Source of the DNA: Nanobdellati archaeon
Lineage (GTDB): Archaea > EX4484-52 > WAPT01
DNA length: 64,000 bases
Reading direction: 5' to 3'
NCBI GenBank assembly: GCA_015520605.1
Contig: WAPT01000024.1
Location: 12,645-76,644, forward strand
How positions within the stretch are numbered: position 1 is the stretch's first letter; every line of letters begins with the position of its first letter. A model generated the notes under the pieces. The model did not search any database. It worked only from the letters and a program-made list of their open reading frames with translations, and was not told the origin of the DNA. A program made the position numbers and the translations under genes. Below, piece after piece: positions 1-7,305 of this stretch.

Positions 1-421
1 GTTCCCCTCCCTGAAACTCAATCCCAATGTATTTTTTGGGAAGTTTTTCAATGAACCTCACACAATCTCTCATGATTTCTCCGTCCATCTCCACGAACCT
101 TTCGGGTGAGGATTCCGCATGGCAATACCTACATGCAAGATTACACCTCAGCGTTAGATTTATCTGAACGGTCACCATCGGCATCGAATGAATATAGCCC
201 AACCTTTTAATTATGTTCTTCAACACCCTGTTGATATTTCCCTCCGTTATGACAATGTTTCTTTCTTCTAACTTTTTCAGAAGGTCATCACTCACCTCTC
301 CCCTCCTGAGCATCCTCAGCTCCTTTTTGTCCAGAATTATCCAGTCTCCGAATCTTGTGGTCAGGAGCACTTTTCCATTGCTTAATTTTTTCTCGAAACA
401 TTCATTGGGTAGGTAGCGCAT
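1..421 (-). CDS. Radical SAM protein (second of a tandem pair), 5'-partial at the window edge. The N-terminus is present; an ~90-aa extension precedes the CxxxCxxC motif and may be RRE/PqqD-like.
   Basis: Hand translation of the minus strand from ATG at 421 gives MRYLPNECFEKKLSNGKVLLTTRFGDWIILDKKELRMLRRGEVSDDLLKKLEERNIVI...LTLRCNLACRYCHAESSPERF. The C-x3-C-x2-C motif (CNLACRYC) is typical of radical SAM enzymes. A GGGTGGTGGG Shine-Dalgarno-like run lies directly upstream, 14 nt after the stop of the preceding radical SAM gene. The ORF runs off the window start. Confidence 0.6.
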   Translation of the reverse strand, partial: MRYLPNECFEKKLSNGKVLLTTRFGDWIILDKKELRMLRRGEVSDDLLKKLEERNIVITEGNINRVLKNIIKRLGYIHSMPMVTVQINLTLRCNLACRYCHAESSPERFVEMDGEIMRDCVRFIEKLPKKYIGIEFQGGE

Positions 422-435
422 CCCACCACCCTATT

Positions 436-1359
436 TTATTGGGTTATGGGCACGATTTCATCAGCGCCGAAGTAATCGATATAAGAGTACCATACCCCCC
501 AGCATTTACTCCTCATCACGCATTTCTCGCAGGGTTCCAGCAGCCCGTAATTGTCCTCGAAACGCCTGTTTATTATCTGTTTCGTGGGTGATTTGTAACC
601 GTAAATGGTCTTCGGCTGCGGTGCGACAAACCTCCACAGGTGTTCCGGAAGGACGCAGTAGGGGAACCCGTAGAACTTAACTCTCAGTCCCGAGCTTTCC
701 ACGATCTCCGCGGCTCTGCTGAGGTTTTCGGTGATATCCGTCATTCTCACCGCAAAGAGCTCGGCATTTCTCAGAGCGTTTCCCGTTATGTCGAGAGCAT
801 GGAAGGAAAAAGCTTTAACATCGTCAAACATGCTCAGCACAAGGCTTGCGATTCTCTCCAGCTCCGTATAGTTTGCTTTCGTGACTATCGTCTTCAGCTC
901 AACGTTCATCCCCGCATCGAGAGCGTTTCTCACACCATGAATTGTTTCTCTGAAGCTCCCTCTCGCTCCCGTGACCCAGTCGTGTTTTTCCTCCTTCCAG
1001 GAGTGAAGCGCCACTATAACATGAATTATAGGATAAGCTGAAAGTCTCTCGGCAAAACAGCGCGAAGATAACCTCCTGCCGTTGGTGAGGAGAACGTAAC
1101 TCAGCCCGGGCCTTCTCGATTTTATCCTCTCAAGTATCTCAAAGAAGTCGTTCCTCACGGTTGGCTCGCCACCGGAAATTTCAAGGATTTGTATGTCTTC
1201 TGGCAGTGAAAGAACAAAATTCACAAGCTCGTTGGTACTTATTTTTTCCTTTTTCGCCCTCTCTCCGGAGCTCACCGCGCATATTTTGCAGTTATTGTTG
1301 CACTGATACCCGAAAACACAGTAGGCCTTTTTTATTTTCATCGTGCTCATATTCTTCAC
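436..1359 (-). CDS. Radical SAM protein with a SPASM/twitch-like Cys-rich C-terminal domain; putative peptide-modifying maturase.
   Basis: The ORF-track protein contains CNNNCKIC (CxxxCxxC) near the N-terminus and a GGEP glycine-rich motif. The C-terminus reads ...GFPYC...EPCEKCVMRSKCWGVW (CX2CX5C), as in SPASM domains. The codon at 1359 is GTG; in-frame ATGs at 1350 and 1341 are alternative starts. Confidence 0.8.
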   Translation of the reverse strand: MKNMSTMKIKKAYCVFGYQCNNNCKICAVSSGERAKKEKISTNELVNFVLSLPEDIQILEISGGEPTVRNDFFEILERIKSRRPGLSYVLLTNGRRLSSRCFAERLSAYPIIHVIVALHSWKEEKHDWVTGARGSFRETIHGVRNALDAGMNVELKTIVTKANYTELERIASLVLSMFDDVKAFSFHALDITGNALRNAELFAVRMTDITENLSRAAEIVESSGLRVKFYGFPYCVLPEHLWRFVAPQPKTIYGYKSPTKQIINRRFEDNYGLLEPCEKCVMRSKCWGVWYSYIDYFGADEIVPITQ

Positions 1360-1413
1360 ACATGAATGAATGCAAACTGAACTGTCCTTCTCAACAAAAC
1401 CATCTGCGATATT

Positions 1414-1707
1414 TTAGTGTCCCCCATTACTCCAGTTACTCCAATCACACCATTCACTCCAATCGTGCCAGTTTATCCAGTTGTTCCAGTGGTTGTTCAA
1501 CCAGTTGTTGTACTCATTTTGGAGATCCTTCCAGCTCTGCTCGTTTGTAACGCAGTTATGGTGAGTGGATTGGGTGTGTGCAAGTTTTGAAAGGAGAGGG
1601 AGGGAACACACCGCAGTAAACAGGAGAAACATGTTCAGCGCCCCTTCACAGTCATCCTTGGATACCAGCATGGATCTCATTTTTCTAAACCGATCTCTCC
1701 AGCTCAT
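1414..1707 (-). CDS. Trp/Asn-rich repeat peptide; candidate RiPP precursor or secreted peptide. It has an N-terminal polar region, a hydrophobic signal-like segment, and a C-terminal (W-x-x)n core.
   Basis: The ORF-track protein ends ...NNWLNNHWNNWINWHDWSEWCDWSNWSNGGH. Trp recurs every third residue seven times in a row, mirrored in the DNA as CCA every 9 nt on the plus strand. Arg codons are AGA/CGG, matching genome usage. An AGGTG Shine-Dalgarno-like motif lies 8 nt upstream of ATG 1707. The gene sits 54 nt upstream of, and co-directional with, two radical SAM genes. The hydrophobic stretch MFLLFTAVCSLPLLSKLAHT resembles a Sec signal or TM segment. Confidence 0.45.
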   Translation of the reverse strand: MSWRDRFRKMRSMLVSKDDCEGALNMFLLFTAVCSLPLLSKLAHTQSTHHNCVTNEQSWKDLQNEYNNWLNNHWNNWINWHDWSEWCDWSNWSNGGH

Positions 1708-2056
1708 TCTCTACACCTTCATAATCTTCAGACTGTTTTGATATGTCCGGTATCACCCCCTTTATCGCCAGCTCCAGCAGGAGTTTTCTTACATCTCCAA
1801 ACCTGCGTAGATTCATCTCTTCCATCTCCGCCTGCAGCAGTTCAGCAAAGAACGCATCAATGAGTTCCTCTGTGTTCTCCCCTTCAGGCGGCTTTAACTC
1901 CACAGTGATCTCCTCGATACCGTCTCCGAGCACACGAACTCTGCATGTCTCAAGCATTCTGTATGCAGCTCTCATAACAGTGCTTTTTGAATAAAGTGTC
2001 GAAGGGAGCTTTATTTTAACAATACCGTCGGCAACTTCAACAGTTTTTTTATCCAT
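1685..2056 (-). CDS. Hypothetical 123-aa acidic protein in the pilin/rSAM array, with unknown function. The track ORF extends to a GTG at 2176.
   Basis: ORF-track frame 1685..2176 (GTG start). The first in-frame ATG is at 2056 and gives MDKKTVEVADGIVKIKLPSTLYSKSTVMRAAYRM... Its stop overlaps the start of the W-rich peptide gene, which is an operon-like arrangement. Confidence 0.45.
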   Translation of the reverse strand: MDKKTVEVADGIVKIKLPSTLYSKSTVMRAAYRMLETCRVRVLGDGIEEITVELKPPEGENTEELIDAFFAELLQAEMEEMNLRRFGDVRKLLLELAIKGVIPDISKQSEDYEGVENELERSV

Positions 2057-2115
2057 ATTCCGATTATGGAATGGGGAATTTTTATTTTTAATTGATGGAA
2101 AGGGATAACCCAGTA

Positions 2116-2316
2116 TCATTTCGGCAACAGACCGGCCACATACTTCCCAATACCCACGATCTTGCCAAGCCACCACCAGTTGGATTGAATGGCACTGATG
2201 ATGGGGGATGCCACAGTTTCAAGCAGGATGTATGCGAGGGCGATACAGAGTATAAACACGACAATATAAATTATCAGCATTATCTGCCCGCCGACCAGAG
2301 CCTTTCTTCTGACCAT
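2116..2316 (-). CDS. Small hydrophobic membrane protein (66 aa, two predicted TM segments).
   Basis: ORF-track protein MVRRKALVGGQIMLIIYIVVFILCIALAYILLETVASPIISAIQSNWWWLGKIVGIGKY. It has an ATG start and lies 12 nt downstream of the preceding small ORF on the same strand. Confidence 0.35.
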   Translation of the reverse strand: MVRRKALVGGQIMLIIYIVVFILCIALAYILLETVASPIISAIQSNWWWLGKIVGIGKYVAGLLPK

Positions 2317-2328
2317 AAAATCGACCTT

Positions 2329-2484
2329 TCAGCCTCCAGCCTTTTCCCAAGGGAGGTCTGCGAGACCGAAGATTTTGTCCACAGAACCTTTACCTAATTT
2401 TATTATTATAAGTACCACGGCAGTCATTAATAATATAATAAAGATGATCTCCACCCAGGAGAGACCTTTATTGCTTCCGCGCAT
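2329..2484 (-). CDS. Small class III signal peptide (archaeal type IV pilin-like) protein of 51 aa. It falls below the ORF-track size cutoff.
   Basis: Hand translation: MRGSNKGLSWVEIIFIILLMTAVVLIIIKLGKGSVDKIFGLADLPWEKAGG. It carries a KG|LSxxE prepilin-peptidase-type motif followed by a hydrophobic helix. Its ATG overlaps the TGA of the upstream pilin-like gene (TGATG). Confidence 0.45.
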   Translation of the reverse strand: MRGSNKGLSWVEIIFIILLMTAVVLIIIKLGKGSVDKIFGLADLPWEKAGG

Positions 2485-2990
2485 CAGCACTCACCTGTTT
2501 TCCCACAAGTAGAATTAATGACTATACATATGCTCTGACAATTATCTTTGGTAATTGTGATATTAGTTTCCTTACCGTCTGCGGGTGCGGTAATTTCTGC
2601 GGTGCAGGTGCCGTCATCGGACACGGTGCACTCAGCTTCCGGCTTATCATTCGATTTTATAGTTACCGTGCCGCTTGTGGTGCCTGTGAGTTTCAGGTTT
2701 ATAACGCACTTTCCATCGTTGTTCTTTGTTATGTCCTTCAGCTCAATTGAACATGATGTGCTGCTGCCACCCCCCACGGTTTCATTGACTTTCTCCCCTA
2801 TGCCCACGGTTGTCTGATTTATCGATTGTTTTGTGGATTTGAACGCAGGAAGCAGAGTACCGCCGTATACCCGTATTATAATCGCAGCCATTATCATGAG
2901 TATAAGAAGAATTATTATTATTTCCAAAAATGAAAGACCTTTTTTATACCAATCCCGTATGTTTTGTGTAAACATTTTGCGTTGGGGCAT
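2484..2990 (-). CDS. Archaeal type IV pilin-like protein with a class III signal peptide and a Thr/Cys-rich C-terminal domain.
   Basis: The ORF-track protein has ...YKKGLSFLEIIIILLILMIMAAII (KG|LSFLE, Glu at +5) followed by a Ser/Thr/Cys-rich secreted domain. Its start codon directly abuts the stop of the upstream gene. Confidence 0.6.
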   Translation of the reverse strand: MPQRKMFTQNIRDWYKKGLSFLEIIIILLILMIMAAIIIRVYGGTLLPAFKSTKQSINQTTVGIGEKVNETVGGGSSTSCSIELKDITKNNDGKCVINLKLTGTTSGTVTIKSNDKPEAECTVSDDGTCTAEITAPADGKETNITITKDNCQSICIVINSTCGKTGEC

Positions 2991-3194
2991 TTACCATTTA
3001 CCTCCTGTTATGTTCTTCATACCTTCCTGTACCGTCTGGTTAGATTTTTCTATACCCGAACTGACGAGTTCTCCGAACTTGTGCAGGTTGGCACCCCCTA
3101 TTTTAATAATAATATATCCCATAACCATGGCGATTATGATAACTATAACTATCCAGAACACCTTCTCAAAACCCTTTCGCACACTTGCCATCAA
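2991..3194 (-). CDS. Small membrane protein, possibly a minor pilin-like protein.
   Basis: ORF-track protein MMASVRKGFEKVFWIVIVIIIAMVMGYIII... It has an N-terminal RKG motif followed by a hydrophobic helix, and a 4-nt ATGA overlap with the upstream gene. Confidence 0.4.
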   Translation of the reverse strand: MMASVRKGFEKVFWIVIVIIIAMVMGYIIIKIGGANLHKFGELVSSGIEKSNQTVQEGMKNITGGKW

Positions 3195-3379
3195 ATCACC
3201 ACTCCGAATTTCGCCCTTGCAACATCCATAATTTTGTCAAAAATACTCTTTATTTTTTCATCAAGTTTAACATTCCAGTGTTTGAAAAGTACAATAAAAA
3301 TAAAGGTCAGAAACACAAGCAACAGTATAATAAACACAACTTCTATATGAGATGTGCCCTTCTTTCCCTGCTTGACCAT
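3191..3379 (-). CDS. Small class III signal peptide (pilin-like) protein.
   Basis: ORF-track protein MVKQGKKGTSHIEVVFIILLLVFLTFIFIVLF... It has a KG|TSHIE motif (Glu at +5) and is the first gene of the minus-strand array. Confidence 0.5.
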   Translation of the reverse strand: MVKQGKKGTSHIEVVFIILLLVFLTFIFIVLFKHWNVKLDEKIKSIFDKIMDVARAKFGVVI

Positions 3380-3557
3380 AACTTATAAATGTGATACTCA
3401 CCTTAAATATATTATGGTATTTCTCAGCACGAATAGTACAACATACAGAAAGGGTCTGCAGCTGTCGATATCTCTTCTCATAACTCTCCTGTTCGGAATC
3501 CTGCTCCTCTACGTGCTCTTTCACACAGCATTGACATATTTTGGAAGGTAGTGGTTC

Positions 3558-3773
3558 ATGCCGGGAGGCACATTTAAAAGAAGGAAAGGTCTTGAATTGG
3601 GCCTAACGGAATTCGGGCTGATAATGCTGGCACTTTTCATAGGTATGATTATTTTTGTTTTTTTGACCAAGGAAGGCGGATTTCTGGATAAAGTCAGAGA
3701 AACGGGATGCGACCTCAGCAGTTTCATAACAGGTTTTCTGAAAATCATCGGTATCAATACGTCCATTTGCTAA
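3558..3773 (+). CDS. Small pilin-like / class III signal peptide protein, divergent from the minus-strand array.
   Basis: The ORF-track protein has ...KRRKGLELGLTEFGLIMLALFIGMIIFVFL, with a KG motif followed by a hydrophobic helix. It is convergent with the IleRS gene. The antisense ORFs 3521..3766 and 3603..3785 were judged less likely. Confidence 0.4.
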   Translation: MPGGTFKRRKGLELGLTEFGLIMLALFIGMIIFVFLTKEGGFLDKVRETGCDLSSFITGFLKIIGINTSIC

Positions 3774-3781
3774 TAAACGAG

Positions 3782-6700
3782 TCACGCCCCAATAATTCTG
3801 AATTTGATCCGGATTCCCTCAGTTTCAAATTCATCTCCGTCCTCCACAGTTTCAAACCTAACGGATATATTGGTGTCCTTTTCAATCATTTCCTTCCATC
3901 TCTCCACGAACTCCTTACTTCCCTCAACAGCAACCACAGCCTTATCCTCAAACCTCAGACCAAGTTCCTTCCTCGCGAGCTGAATTCTCCTTATGAATTC
4001 CCTTGCGATACCCTCCTCCTTAAGCTCGGGTGTTAGTTCAACCTTAAGAAGCACGGCGGTGTTCTTCACCACTCTGCCGTCATAGCCTTCGGGCAGGGAA
4101 ACCAACTTCACTCTAACATCGATCATGTCTCCTGTTAGTTCAAAACCACCAATCTCGATTCTTCCATCTTTTTCAAGAGCTTCGAGCACATCCTTTCCGT
4201 TTAGAGACTTGAGCGCCTCCACAACCTCTCTAGTTCTCTTTCCGAATCTGGGTCCTATAACATCATACCTTGGTCTCACTTCGTAATCTAATTGGATGTC
4301 ATCCCTTATTTTAACTCTCTTCACATTCGCGAGTTTCATGATTATCTCCTTTAGATTACCAAGAGCTTCGGTGAGCTCATTCGCGGAGAGCACAACCTCT
4401 TCGAGAGGCCACCTGAGCCTTATATTGCGGCTCTGCCTCATGGAGTTTACCTCCTCCACCACACCCATGACAAGATCCATTTTGCTTTCCAGAGTTTCGT
4501 CGATTTCCTTTTCGTTCCATGAAGGCCAGGACAGCAGATGTATGGATCCCTCTCTTACAATCTCTCTGAAAACCTTGAGATAGAGGTACTCAGCAACATA
4601 CGGTGTAAACGGCGCAAGCATTTTCAACACTTCGAAGTAAGCTCTGGAGATGACGTAATCCATGGCATCCCTGTCCACACCTTCATCGTACCTCTCCTTT
4701 GCTATTTTCAGGTAGAATCGCGAGAAGTCTTCCATCACGAAGTTCACGATTTCCCTGGCAGCGTAATGGAAGTGGAAGGTGTCTATGTACTCAGTAACTC
4801 TTTTTATGGTTGAGTTCAACCTCGAGAGCAACCATCTGTCTTCGGCCCTGCTTACATACTGTTGGTTATCAAGCCTTATCTTTACACCGTACATGTCGAT
4901 GAAATTGGAAATATTGACAAGAATGTTCATGAAGCGGAAAAGCTCCTTTGCTTCATTCATGCTGAACTTGTGCGTTTCCCATGGAGCTGTGCTGTAGCAT
5001 ACGTAAAGCCTTAGAACATCAGCACCAAGCTGCTCGAAGGCCTCCTCAGCCGAGATCACGTTGCCCAAGCTTTTGCTCATCTTCTCTCCTTTTTCATCAA
5101 GAACCCATCCGTTCATGCACACAACATCGTATGGCCTCTCTTTGAAAGTTGCAGCTGACATGAAAAGCATCGCGTGGAACCATCCTCTTATTTGATCCTG
5201 AGATTCATCAACCAGATCAACGCGCCACAACTTGTTAAACAGACCGCTATCATTGTAAGGGTAGCCGAGTGATGCCCAAGGAGCGACACCGCTCTCCACC
5301 CATATATTTATTATGTCTGGAATCCTTTTCATTTCCCCTCCACACTTCTCGCAGCGCAGCACAACTTTATCAACGACATGCTTGTGAAGATCATCAAGCT
5401 TAACTTCATTTATCATTCTCTCATCCAACTCCTTTTTGCTGCCGATGGCAATCATGTGTCCACAGTTCTTACACTCCCAGATTGGGATCGGAGCTCCCCA
5501 GTAGCGCTGCGTGGATATACACCAATCCTCTTCATTCTCCACCCAATGCTTCATTCTCTCCCTTGCAAAATCAGGGAGCCACATTGTTTCTTCGTTGAAT
5601 TTGAGCATGAGATCCTTTATCGGATCGATGCGGAAGAACCACTGGTCGGTGGTGCGATAAATTAAAGGTGTCTTGCACCTCCAGCAGAGCGGGTAGCTGT
5701 GTACTATTCTCTCAGCATGGAAGAGCAAACCTTTTGCTCTCAGATGTTCTATTATCTCCTTATCGGCATCCTTCGCAAACTTACCTTTAAGCCATCCAGC
5801 CTCGCTGGTAAACCTGCCCTCATCATCAACAGGAGAGAGCACGGGCAGGTCATAATGCTGCCCGAGCTTGTTATCCTCAGGCCCGTGGCCGGGGGCACAG
5901 TGCACTATCCCTGTACCGACATTCATCGTTACCATGTGGCCGAATACTTCCTCTTCACTCTCCTTACTTTCGATCTCTTTCTTGACCATAACCTTAGAAG
6001 CAACTACTTTCTTCAGAATCGGTACAGACAGCACTACCCTATGGGCTCTCCCGCTCTTTGCAGCTTCCTGCTGAACCGGCAGCTCTGACATGAGGGGCTC
6101 ATATTCTATCCCGTCAAGATCCTTACCCTTTAAGACTTCCACAACCTCATAACTTTCAATTCCCGCTCTTTTCATCACATCTTCAAGCCTTTTCTCAGCA
6201 AGAATGAGAATCTCATCATTGACCTTCACTTTAACGTAGTTCTCGTCTGGATGCACAACGAGAGCTACATTGGCTGGCAGAGTCCACGGTGTGGTGGTCC
6301 ACGCAAGGAGGTATTCATTCTCCTTGTCCTTAACCTTGAACTTAACATAAATGGAAGGGTCTGTGACATTCTTGTATGAATCCGTTGCCTCATACCCCGA
6401 AATGGAGGTCTGACACCTCGGGCACCAGTGGATTGGTTTTTTACCCTTGACCATCAACCCTTCATCGAAGAGCTTCTTGACGGTCCACCATGTGCTCTCT
6501 ATATAGTATGGCTCATAAGTCAAGTAGGGCTGTAGCCAACCCTTCCAGGCTGCAAGATCTTTATAGTAGTTCATCCACTCGGTAAGATTCTGAGTGGCAA
6601 ACTCCTTACACATCTTTATAAAGTTCTCAACACCAACTTTTTCTTCAATCTCCTTTTTGGATTGTATGCCAAGTCTCTTTTCCATCATGTTCTCAATTGG

Positions 6701-6973
6701 CAGTCCGTGGCAGTCAAAACCCGGCTGGAACCAGACAGCATAACCATTCATGAACTTAAACTTACCCCAGAGATCCTTGAAGACTATGGTCATGGCATGC
6801 CCGGCGTGGGGTGGCGCATTTGCATACGGAGGACCATCAAGTAGATAGAATTTCTTACCCTTTTTCTTTAGATTCTCCTCGAAGTCCACAATTTTTTCTG
6901 GGACTTTGTTCTTCTCCCAGTACGCCTTAACTTCCTGCTCGATCTTTCTGAAATCGTACTGCATGGTGATCAC
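3782..6973 (-). CDS. ileS: Isoleucyl-tRNA synthetase.
   Basis: 1063-aa class I aminoacyl-tRNA synthetase with a PPYANAPPHAGHA (HIGH-type) motif, a KMSKSLGN motif and Zn-finger cysteines. The codon at 6973 is GTG; an in-frame ATG (MQYDFRKIEQ...) lies at 6964. Confidence 0.93.
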   Translation of the reverse strand: MITMQYDFRKIEQEVKAYWEKNKVPEKIVDFEENLKKKGKKFYLLDGPPYANAPPHAGHAMTIVFKDLWGKFKFMNGYAVWFQPGFDCHGLPIENMMEKRLGIQSKKEIEEKVGVENFIKMCKEFATQNLTEWMNYYKDLAAWKGWLQPYLTYEPYYIESTWWTVKKLFDEGLMVKGKKPIHWCPRCQTSISGYEATDSYKNVTDPSIYVKFKVKDKENEYLLAWTTTPWTLPANVALVVHPDENYVKVKVNDEILILAEKRLEDVMKRAGIESYEVVEVLKGKDLDGIEYEPLMSELPVQQEAAKSGRAHRVVLSVPILKKVVASKVMVKKEIESKESEEEVFGHMVTMNVGTGIVHCAPGHGPEDNKLGQHYDLPVLSPVDDEGRFTSEAGWLKGKFAKDADKEIIEHLRAKGLLFHAERIVHSYPLCWRCKTPLIYRTTDQWFFRIDPIKDLMLKFNEETMWLPDFARERMKHWVENEEDWCISTQRYWGAPIPIWECKNCGHMIAIGSKKELDERMINEVKLDDLHKHVVDKVVLRCEKCGGEMKRIPDIINIWVESGVAPWASLGYPYNDSGLFNKLWRVDLVDESQDQIRGWFHAMLFMSAATFKERPYDVVCMNGWVLDEKGEKMSKSLGNVISAEEAFEQLGADVLRLYVCYSTAPWETHKFSMNEAKELFRFMNILVNISNFIDMYGVKIRLDNQQYVSRAEDRWLLSRLNSTIKRVTEYIDTFHFHYAAREIVNFVMEDFSRFYLKIAKERYDEGVDRDAMDYVISRAYFEVLKMLAPFTPYVAEYLYLKVFREIVREGSIHLLSWPSWNEKEIDETLESKMDLVMGVVEEVNSMRQSRNIRLRWPLEEVVLSANELTEALGNLKEIIMKLANVKRVKIRDDIQLDYEVRPRYDVIGPRFGKRTREVVEALKSLNGKDVLEALEKDGRIEIGGFELTGDMIDVRVKLVSLPEGYDGRVVKNTAVLLKVELTPELKEEGIAREFIRRIQLARKELGLRFEDKAVVAVEGSKEFVERWKEMIEKDTNISVRFETVEDGDEFETEGIRIKFRIIGA

Positions 6974-6997
6974 ACAGCTTAATGTTTAAGGGAGGAA

Positions 6998-7010
6998 AAT
7001 TTTTAAGGGT
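6998..7010 (-). promoter_or_regulatory. TATA-like box (TTAAAAATTTT on the minus strand) about 30 nt upstream of the ileS start, suggesting a leaderless or short-leader transcript.
   Basis: An AT-rich TATA-like motif lies at archaeal promoter spacing from the start codon, and no Shine-Dalgarno sequence sits between them. Confidence 0.3.
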
Positions 7011-7305
7011 AAACGAGACATGAGGAAAAACAAAATCACATTGTTGAATGAAAATTATTTTAATTTTTAAAAGGTTTTAAAAGAAAAATTCCCGTAAACA
7101 GAACTGCGTACTGCATACTGATATTAAGTTAAGGAGCACAAGCTCGAGGTTAGTAATATTCCTTTACTCTCTGAAGTCGGAATTGTATTGACGGTTTAAG
7201 ACTGCCAATGGTTTGAAGGATAAGAAACAAAAAGTGAGAGATTCTACGAGAAAAATTAATCTGGTCAATCGGTGTTAGCAGAAATAATGTTGAGGTGTCT
7301 GAAAT

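Noticed and set aside
213-591. Plus-strand ORFs 213..416 and 355..591.
   Set aside because: They are antisense to a clear radical SAM coding frame on the minus strand (CxxxCxxC, good Shine-Dalgarno). They are low-complexity translations of the opposite strand.
1161-1550. 129-aa plus-strand ORF overlapping the start region of the radical SAM gene.
   Set aside because: Its N-terminal 66 codons are antisense to the well-supported radical SAM gene. Only the C-terminal 63-aa part is discussed, in Findings, as a low-probability alternative.
3521-3785. Minus-strand ORFs 3521..3766 and 3603..3785 between the pilin cluster and ileS.
   Set aside because: They overlap each other and the plus-strand ORF, whose product has a class III signal-peptide-like N-terminus. 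No recognisable features, and 3603..3785 would overlap the ileS stop.
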